64,000 nt of DNA from Methanofastidiosum sp. (GTDB lineage: Archaea; Methanobacteriota_B; Thermococci; Methanofastidiosales; Methanofastidiosaceae): contig DAOSDU010000002.1 in assembly GCA_035362715.1 (NCBI GenBank), positions 131,400 to 195,399 on the forward strand, written 5' to 3'. The translations under genes were made by a program, and so were the position numbers. Below are positions 57,151 to 64,000 of this stretch, in pieces. The notes under the pieces were generated by a model. That model searched no databases. It was not told the DNA's origin and worked only from the letters and a program-made list of their open reading frames with translations. Every line of letters starts with the position of its first letter. Within the stretch, counting starts at the first letter, position 1.

Positions 57151-57927
57151 ATGGAATCAAATCTCAAAGAGCACTTGAAAGTTCAAAAAATGAATATTGA
57201 TGAAAGAATGTCAAAAATAGGAAAAAAAATTGCAGTTGGAAGTGGTAAAGGGGGAGTGGGGAAATCCGTTGTAACTTCTCTTATTGCTTCTTACCTTGCA
57301 AAACAAGGAAAAACAGTAGGTATACTAGATCTCGATATAACTGGTCCAAGTATACCCATGATGTTTGGAATAGATGAAAAACCAATTGGAGGCAGTTCTG
57401 GAATAATACCTGTTGTTTCTAAAAGTGGCATTAAGATTATGTCAATGAGTCTTTTTCTACCAAATAACGAAGACGCCGTTATTTGGAGAGGATTAAGAAT
57501 AAGTGGAGCTGTATCACAATTTCTTGCAGATGTTTTATGGGAAGATATCGATTATTTGTTATTTGATTTACCCCCTGGAACTAGTGATGTTCAACTTACC
57601 TTAATGCAAAGTATTAAACTTGATGGATTTGTAGTTGTAACCTCTCCTCAAATTTTAGCTTCAACAATAGTGAAAAAAGCAGTTTCCATGGCAGAAGAGT
57701 TGAATGTTAAAGTATTGGGCGTAGTTGAAAATATGGCATATGCATCATGCCCCACATGTGGAAAAAAAATTGATCTATTCGGAAATGGGGAAAACTCTAA
57801 GATGGGAATTCCAGAAATAGGCAGTATACCAGTAGATCCCGAGATATCTAGACTATGTGATGATGGTAAAATCGAGAATTATCAAATAGATCTTGATAAA
57901 ATCTATCAGATTATAGAGAATATTTAA
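57151..57927 (+). CDS. Mrp/NBP35 (ApbC) Fe-S cluster carrier ATPase
   Basis: SGKGGVGKS, DLDITGPS, VIWRG, DLPPGTSD, VENM...CPTCG. Confidence 0.93.
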   Translation: MESNLKEHLKVQKMNIDERMSKIGKKIAVGSGKGGVGKSVVTSLIASYLAKQGKTVGILDLDITGPSIPMMFGIDEKPIGGSSGIIPVVSKSGIKIMSMSLFLPNNEDAVIWRGLRISGAVSQFLADVLWEDIDYLLFDLPPGTSDVQLTLMQSIKLDGFVVVTSPQILASTIVKKAVSMAEELNVKVLGVVENMAYASCPTCGKKIDLFGNGENSKMGIPEIGSIPVDPEISRLCDDGKIENYQIDLDKIYQIIENI

Positions 57928-58138
57928 GGCATATACACATTTTTCTAATTAGAATGCCCCTATAAAATTAAATACCGGGATATTTTTATTTATTTTTGTA
58001 TTTTGTCTAATACTTATTGATTTATTCATTTTAACTTCTTTTTATTAAATATAATATTATTAATAAAATTTATAATTAAAATAAAATTAGAGTTTGTTGT
58101 TAGTTTGGCATATCAAATAAATATTCTAAATAGAAACA

Positions 58139-58236
58139 CTTAAATATTATTTGTATGAGGTATCTCTGAAGTCCGTTTAATGGACTTTAAAAATCTTGGA
58201 CATGATATCCTGTTTTTGGATATCAAAAAAAGGAGG
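58139..58236 (+). promoter_or_regulatory. mcr operon promoter and structured 5' leader
   Basis: TTAAATA TATA-like at ~58140; inverted repeats 58169-58187 and 58203-58225; AGGAGG RBS at 58231-58236. Confidence 0.6.
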
Positions 58237-58244
58237 AATACTAT

Positions 58245-59573
58245 ATGCCAAAATATAGCGATAAAATAGATTTGTATTCTGACAGGGGTAAACTCATTGA
58301 GAGTGGAGTCCCGTTGGAAGCTCTCAGTCCTCTAAAAAACGAGGCCATTCAGAGCATAGTTTCCAAAATTGTCAGGACAATTGCTGTCGATCTCAAAGGC
58401 ACCCAGTCAGCACTTGCCACAGGAGCACTTGGTGGTAAAGGCCAATTTATAATGGGAAGAGAAATGAAACTCGATGTTGTTGGGAAAGCCCCAGAGATTA
58501 AGAAGAGAGTAGAAGAAATTCTTAAAGTTGATACAAAAGACGATACTTTAGTAACGCTTTTAGGAAACAATGAGCGAATGCTTGTTCAAATACCAACAAA
58601 GAGAATGTTTTGTGAATACACAGTTGGTATGACTGCAACAGCATCAGCCGTAACACAAGCAATTATAGATGTGTTCGACGTTAGCATATTTGATGCAAAC
58701 GTTATAAAGGCCGCAATATGGGGATCCTACCCACAGACCCTTGATCTTAAAGGCGCAAAGATTCAGGCTATGCTTGAAGTTCCTCAGAAGAACGAAGGTC
58801 TTGGATATTCCCTAAGAAACATTATGGTTAATCACATTGTTGCTACAACAAAGAAAAATGCAATGAACTCAGCTGCACTTGCCTCAATCCTTGAGCAGAC
58901 TGCAATGTTTGAAATGGGAGACGCTGTAGGTCCATTTGAGAGACTACACCTCTTAGGACTTGCATACCAAGGAATGAACGCAAACAATATTACATATGAG
59001 TTAGTTAAAGCAAATGGAAAGAAAGGAACAATAGGATCAGTTGTTGAATCCTTAGTTGGAAAAGCAATTGAAGATAAGGTTATAGCAGTAGACAAGACAT
59101 TACCATCTGGATACAAGGTATACAAAGCTAAAGATATTCCATTGTGGAATGCATATGCCGCATCAGGAATGCTCGCATCAGTAATGGTAAACTGTGGTGC
59201 AATGAGAGCAGGTCAAGGAATACCTTCAACAGTCTTATACTACAACGACTTAGTTGAGCACGAAACAGGTCTACCTGGTGTAGACTTCGGAAGGGCTCAG
59301 GGTACAACTGTAGGTATGTCATTCTTCTCCCACTCTATTTATGGTGGTGGAGGACCTGGTATATTCAACGGAAACCACATCGTTACAAGACACTCAAAAG
59401 GATTCGTTATTCCATGTATCGCTGCCGCAATGGCATTAGATGCAGGAACACAGATGTTCTCACCAGAAGCGACATCCGGATTAATTAAAGAAGTTTTCTC
59501 CACAGTACCTGAGTTTGCAGAACCAATGAAGTATGTAAACCAAGCTGCTGTTAAAATCAAAGGAGGTATTTAG
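58245..59573 (+). CDS. mcrB: Methyl-coenzyme M reductase beta subunit
   Basis: [49 protein letters not shown]. Confidence 0.99.
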   Translation: MPKYSDKIDLYSDRGKLIESGVPLEALSPLKNEAIQSIVSKIVRTIAVDLKGTQSALATGALGGKGQFIMGREMKLDVVGKAPEIKKRVEEILKVDTKDDTLVTLLGNNERMLVQIPTKRMFCEYTVGMTATASAVTQAIIDVFDVSIFDANVIKAAIWGSYPQTLDLKGAKIQAMLEVPQKNEGLGYSLRNIMVNHIVATTKKNAMNSAALASILEQTAMFEMGDAVGPFERLHLLGLAYQGMNANNITYELVKANGKKGTIGSVVESLVGKAIEDKVIAVDKTLPSGYKVYKAKDIPLWNAYAASGMLASVMVNCGAMRAGQGIPSTVLYYNDLVEHETGLPGVDFGRAQGTTVGMSFFSHSIYGGGGPGIFNGNHIVTRHSKGFVIPCIAAAMALDAGTQMFSPEATSGLIKEVFSTVPEFAEPMKYVNQAAVKIKGGI

Positions 59574-59584
59574 GAGGAGTAATA

Positions 59585-59902
59585 TTGAAAATTAGGCCCG
59601 AGATACAGATATTTCCTTTCAAATTGATATCAAAAGAAACTGCGGACAAGATCACTGACGAGCTCACTAGGTTTGACTTTGTCACAAACGTTTCAGTCCA
59701 TGGACCTTCTGTTAATTCAAATGAAAATGAGAATTATATGGTTGGATGGATATGGATTGAAATAGAGGACAACAATGAAGACGTCCAGAAGATTATAAAA
59801 GATGTTTGTGATGAATTTCTGCCTTTTGGATATAATATTGAAGTAGGCCGATTTACAAAATATAAAAAAGGAGTATCTGACTACATAAAGGGTCTAAATT
59901 AG
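59585..59902 (+). CDS. mcrD: Methyl-coenzyme M reductase operon protein D (short form)
   Basis: [32 protein letters not shown]...VSDYIK; between mcrB and mcrG. Confidence 0.88.
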   Translation: MKIRPEIQIFPFKLISKETADKITDELTRFDFVTNVSVHGPSVNSNENENYMVGWIWIEIEDNNEDVQKIIKDVCDEFLPFGYNIEVGRFTKYKKGVSDYIKGLN

Positions 59903-59913
59903 GAGGAATAATT

Positions 59914-60687
59914 ATGGCATATAAAGCACAATTTCACCCTGGAAAATCAGATCCATCAAAAAACAGAAAAAAATATATGGATCCTACATACAAACTCCAA
60001 AAGATAAGATCAGTATCCGATGAGGATGTTGTAAGAGTTCTTGGCCACAGACAGCCTGGAGAGGACTACAAGAGTGTTCACCCACCATTAGAAGAAATGG
60101 GAGAACCAGAATGCCCTATAAGGGAACTTGTAGAACCAACACCCGGTGCTAAGGCTGGAGACAGAATTAGATACGTTCAGTTTACTGACTCCGTTTACTT
60201 TGCCCCAATATCTCCTTATCAGAGATCTTGGATGTACTCATACAGGTACAGAGGTATGGATAGCGGAACACTTTCTGGAAGACATGTAGTAGAAGCAAGA
60301 GAAAGAGATGTTGAAGCAATTGCTAAAGAGCTTATTGAGTCCGAAACATTTGATGCTGCCAGAACAGGAATTAGAGGAAGAACAGTCCACGGACATGCTC
60401 TAAGACTTGATGAAAATGGTATCATGTTTGATGCAATGCAGAGATATGTATTTGACAAGAGCACAGGAGAAGTAAAGTACGTAAAGGATATGGTTGGAGA
60501 ACCAGTACCAGCCCCAATATCTGTTGGTAAGCCACTATCTGAAGATGAACTTAAGAAAAGAACAACAATCTACAGAGCAGATGGTGTTACAATAAAGGAC
60601 GATGCAGAAGTTCTTCAAATGGTACAGAATGTTCACTGGGAGAGATCCTTCGGTGGATTCGAGCCATTTAAGGAGGCCAAGTTTTAA
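59914..60687 (+). CDS. mcrG: Methyl-coenzyme M reductase gamma subunit
   Basis: [47 protein letters not shown]. Confidence 0.99.
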   Translation: MAYKAQFHPGKSDPSKNRKKYMDPTYKLQKIRSVSDEDVVRVLGHRQPGEDYKSVHPPLEEMGEPECPIRELVEPTPGAKAGDRIRYVQFTDSVYFAPISPYQRSWMYSYRYRGMDSGTLSGRHVVEARERDVEAIAKELIESETFDAARTGIRGRTVHGHALRLDENGIMFDAMQRYVFDKSTGEVKYVKDMVGEPVPAPISVGKPLSEDELKKRTTIYRADGVTIKDDAEVLQMVQNVHWERSFGGFEPFKEAKF

Positions 60688-60700
60688 GGAGGGGATATGA

Positions 60701-62362
60701 ATGGTATATAAAGATGAAAAACATAACTTTATGCAGGCAATGAAAAAGAAATTCGAAGAAGCTCCTGACAAGAAAAATACAAAGTACTACGTATACGGTG
60801 GGTACAAGCAGAACAAGAGGAAAGTAGAATTTCATGATGCAGGTCTGCAGATTGCAAAAGAAAGAGGAATACCTGGGTACAATCCATCAGTAGGTATGCC
60901 ACAAGGTCAGAGAGTATTAATGCCTTACCAGCTTTCACATACAGACACTATTGCTAACATGGATGACCTTCACTTCGTAAACAACGCCGCTATGCAACAG
61001 GCATGGGACGATATGAGAAGGACTATCCTCGTAGGACTTGACTCACCACACAACATTCTTGAAAAGAGACTTGGTAAAGAAGTCACACCAGAAACAATTA
61101 ACCACTATCTTGAAGTAGTAAATCACGCAATGCCTGGTGCAGCCGTCATTCAGGAACACATGGTTGAAACTGACCCAAGATTAGTAAAAGACTCATACGT
61201 AAAAGTATACTCTGGAAATGATGAATTAATTGATGAAATTGATTCAAGATTCGTTATAGACATAAACAAAGAATTCCCTGCAGCCCAAGCAGCCCAACTT
61301 AAGAAGGCTATTGGAAAATCAATGTGGCAGGTAGTTAGAATTCCAACAGTAGTTGGAAGAGTTTGTGACGGAGGAACAGTTTCCAGATGGAGCGCAATGC
61401 AGATCGGTATGGCATTCATTGGTGCATACAATCTATGTGCCGGAGAAGCCGCAACTGGAGATTTCGCATACGCTGCAAAGCACGGTTCAGTCATACAGAT
61501 GTCTGACATGATGCCAGCAAGAAGAGCAAGAGGTCCAAATGAGCCTGGTGGACTTATGTACGGAATTGTTTCAGACTGTGCACAGTCAATGGCCAAGTAC
61601 CCAGATGACCCAGCAAGACACTCACTTGAGGCAATTGCACTTGCCGCTTTAATTTACGACCAGATATACCTTGGATCATACATGTCTGGTGGTGTCGGGT
61701 TTACACAGTATGCAACAGCCGCATACACCGATAACATCCTTGAAGACTTTGTATACTGGGGAATGGAACACGTAAAGGATAAGTTTGGCGATCTCGCAAA
61801 GCAGAAACCAAGTGTAAAACTCATAAACGACATCGGAACAGACGTTGCTATGTACTGTTTAGAGCAGTATGAACTTTACCCAGCAGTTATGGAGACACAC
61901 TTCGGTGGATCACAGAGAGCTACATGTATCTCTGCAGCAGCCGGAACAAGTGTATCTATGGCAACAGGTAACGCTCAAGCTGGACTTTCAGCATGGTACC
62001 TTGCATGTAACATACACAAGGAGCAGATGGGAAGATTCGGATTCTACGGATACGACCTTCAAGATCAGATTGGTGCTTCAAACACCTTCTCATACAGATC
62101 TGATGAAGGTTTACCATTCGAGCTTAGGGGAGGTAACTACCCAAGCTACGCAATGAACGTAGGACACCAGAGTGCATACACTGGTATCGTTGCAGCAGCT
62201 CACTCCGCAAGAGGAGACGCATGGGCACTGTCACCACACATAAAGGTCGCATTCGCCGACAGGTCACTACCTTTCGACTTCGCAAACATTACAAAGGAGT
62301 TCGGAAAGGGTGCCATGAGGGAGTTCGTCCCTGCCGGAGAAAGAGACCTTATTATACCATAA
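60701..62362 (+). CDS. mcrA: Methyl-coenzyme M reductase alpha subunit
   Basis: [47 protein letters not shown]. Confidence 0.99.
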   Translation: MVYKDEKHNFMQAMKKKFEEAPDKKNTKYYVYGGYKQNKRKVEFHDAGLQIAKERGIPGYNPSVGMPQGQRVLMPYQLSHTDTIANMDDLHFVNNAAMQQAWDDMRRTILVGLDSPHNILEKRLGKEVTPETINHYLEVVNHAMPGAAVIQEHMVETDPRLVKDSYVKVYSGNDELIDEIDSRFVIDINKEFPAAQAAQLKKAIGKSMWQVVRIPTVVGRVCDGGTVSRWSAMQIGMAFIGAYNLCAGEAATGDFAYAAKHGSVIQMSDMMPARRARGPNEPGGLMYGIVSDCAQSMAKYPDDPARHSLEAIALAALIYDQIYLGSYMSGGVGFTQYATAAYTDNILEDFVYWGMEHVKDKFGDLAKQKPSVKLINDIGTDVAMYCLEQYELYPAVMETHFGGSQRATCISAAAGTSVSMATGNAQAGLSAWYLACNIHKEQMGRFGFYGYDLQDQIGASNTFSYRSDEGLPFELRGGNYPSYAMNVGHQSAYTGIVAAAHSARGDAWALSPHIKVAFADRSLPFDFANITKEFGKGAMREFVPAGERDLIIP

Positions 62363-62369
62363 ATTAAAA

Positions 62370-62405
62370 ATTTATTTTTTCTTTTCTTATTTTTAATTTA
62401 ATTTC
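62370..62405 (+). terminator. T-rich archaeal terminator after mcrA
   Basis: TTTATTTTTTCTTTTCTTATTTTT just after the stop codon. Confidence 0.55.
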
Positions 62406-62548
62406 TGTGAGCTTTGGCACCGTGTACTAGTATTTGTATCAATTCTTAAGATATCTTTGATAAATGATAAGATTTTCTTCATCCAGAAAGATTTATAAGA
62501 ATTAAAATGAAGATTGTTGAAATAAATAGAGGTCGTAGAGGCGAATCA

Positions 62549-63700
62549 ATGAAAAAAGAAAAAGAGAATAAAAAAGAGTTGCATGTTTTCTCATTAGCTT
62601 CTTTCTTAAACGATTTAGGCTCTGACATGATTTATCCAATATGGCCTTTGTTTGTCACCGTTTTTCTAGGTGCCGATGTGGTGGTATTAGGGATAATAGA
62701 CGGCATAGGGGACGCTTTAGTTTCATTTTCTAGTGCATTTTCTGGTTTTCTATCTGACAAGTTCAGAAAAAGAAAAATATTTGTCTGGACGGGATACGTA
62801 TCTTCTGGGGTGGCTAGATTCGGCTACGCAATTTCTCCAACTTGGTTATATCTTATTCCTTTCAAAGCTTTGGATCGAGCTGGTAAGATCAGAGGTGCAC
62901 CAAGAGATGCAATGATTGCCGAATTATCCTCCAAGGGTAACAGGGGCGCAAACTTTGGATTTCTCCGAGCAATGGACAACTTTGGTGCAATTGTCGGAAT
63001 TACTTTATCTATAATATTATTAAAATATCTCGGATTTAGGAATTTAATTCTTATGGCTTCTATTCCCTCATTTTTTTCTGTTTTAATAATTTATCTTTTT
63101 ATTAAAGAAAAAAAATTTGAAGTTCAGAAAAGAGCTTTTTCAATAAATCTCTTTGATAAAAACTTTAGGTTCTTCGTATTTGTAAATGGATTATTCGCAT
63201 TAGGGGCTTTCAGCTACTCCTTCTTTCTGTTATATGTCAAAGATATTGGATTTTCAATATACACAGTCCCTGTTTTCTATTTGATTTTTACAGTCTCAAG
63301 CACGATTTTTTCATATCCATTTGGGAGAATGGCAGATAGAATTGGGAGAAAAAAAGTGTTGATGATTTCTTATCTATCTTTTGCACTTGTCTGCGGTAGT
63401 ATGATCTTTACAAGAAATTTTATAGGGCTTGTGTTGATATTCTGTATTTATGGCATCTACAAATCAGCTATTGATGTATCTCAAAAAACATTAGCCTCTG
63501 AAATATGTCCTTTGGACTATAGGGCCACTTCTTTGGGATCTTTTCAACTCATTACTGGACTAATGGCTTTTCCTGCTTCTTTTATAGCAGGTATTTTGTG
63601 GAAAGTCTTGGGCATGAATTATCCTCTATATTTTTCATTAGTTTTATCCTTGATTTCTTTTCTATTAATTAATCTTGTAAAAGAACAAAAGATATGTTAA
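62549..63700 (+). CDS. Major facilitator superfamily transporter
   Basis: About 12 TM; SGFLSDKFRKRK, DRAGKIRGAPRDA, GRMADRIGRKK; start likely ATG 62549. Confidence 0.9.
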   Translation: MKKEKENKKELHVFSLASFLNDLGSDMIYPIWPLFVTVFLGADVVVLGIIDGIGDALVSFSSAFSGFLSDKFRKRKIFVWTGYVSSGVARFGYAISPTWLYLIPFKALDRAGKIRGAPRDAMIAELSSKGNRGANFGFLRAMDNFGAIVGITLSIILLKYLGFRNLILMASIPSFFSVLIIYLFIKEKKFEVQKRAFSINLFDKNFRFFVFVNGLFALGAFSYSFFLLYVKDIGFSIYTVPVFYLIFTVSSTIFSYPFGRMADRIGRKKVLMISYLSFALVCGSMIFTRNFIGLVLIFCIYGIYKSAIDVSQKTLASEICPLDYRATSLGSFQLITGLMAFPASFIAGILWKVLGMNYPLYFSLVLSLISFLLINLVKEQKIC

Positions 63701-63750
63701 TTAGAAACGTTTATAAACCACGTTTAGCCCTTCTTTTTGGTGAGCATTTA

Positions 63751-64000
63751 ATGGAATTTTGTCCAAATTGCGGTACTCTTTTACGCGTTAATAAAAAAGA
63801 GGGTAAGTCTCTATACGCTTGTAGATGTGGTTATGAGAAAGATATAGATGAAAAAAGTAGGTTTGAGCACACTGAAAAAAATAAATCTGATGATGAAGTT
63901 GTTATCATCGAAAATAATAATATGGCAATGCCAAAAGTTAAGGAAGAATGTAAAAAATGCCACAACAGAGAAGCTTACTGGTGGATGCTCCAGACAAGAA
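63751..64000 (+). CDS. tfs: Transcription factor S (TFS/RpoM), truncated by the window end
   Basis: MEFCPNCGTLL...CRCGYE...ECKKCHNREAYWWMLQTR; GGTGA RBS; not in the ORF track. Confidence 0.92.
   Translation, partial: MEFCPNCGTLLRVNKKEGKSLYACRCGYEKDIDEKSRFEHTEKNKSDDEVVIIENNNMAMPKVKEECKKCHNREAYWWMLQTR

Noticed and set aside
58245..62362. Alkyl-CoM reductase (alkane-activating) interpretation of the divergent MCR
   Set aside because: Canonical active-site residues (GVGFTQY, GFYGYD, McrB SIYGGGG) are retained
1..64000. Remaining short ORFs nested in or antisense to assigned genes; Pyl/Sec read-through; tRNA, rRNA and IS elements
   Set aside because: Nested ORFs lack motifs and overlap confident genes; no gene appears interrupted at an in-frame TAG/TGA; no cloverleaf, rRNA or transposase signature was noticed by eye

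Overview
AT-rich archaeal chromosomal window from a methanogen. The divergent McrA, the mcrBDGA operon with a detached mcrC, and the Thermococci/Methanomada-like housekeeping genes fit Ca. Methanofastidiosa (WSA2/Arc I) best; that assignment is recognition and inference, not a tree. Core content: a type IV pilus-like ATPase with two TadC-like genes, tgtA, ade, porGDAB, hypC-hypD-gamma-CA-mutS-like, egsA, rpoK-fen, mcrC, pheST, dtdA-ftsZ-secE-spt5-rpl11-rpl1-rpl10-rpl12, rlmE, argF, GGGP synthase, minD, a 1656-aa surface protein, a divergent PCNA, trm11, atwA (component A2), mcrBDGA and a partial tfs. Reading the DNA adds elements absent from the ORF track: a type A RNase P RNA (43796-44100, -), rpoK, a Zn-ribbon microprotein, a 36-aa ORF with promoter and RBS, an ftsZ uORF, a NifX-like remnant, an ORB-like motif beside an AT-rich tract with no cdc6 nearby, a promoter-preceded hairpin RNA candidate, and a direct repeat flanking a beta-propeller gene. 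Best leads for undescribed biology: (i) a minimal archaeosortase plus a possible lineage-specific C-terminal sorting tail, (ii) a minD / small membrane protein / giant envelope-spanning protein module, (iii) Fe-S handling genes between atwA and mcrB plus a soluble P-type-like ATPase coupled to mcrC, (iv) the orphan ORB. No tRNA, rRNA, CRISPR array or transposase was seen.
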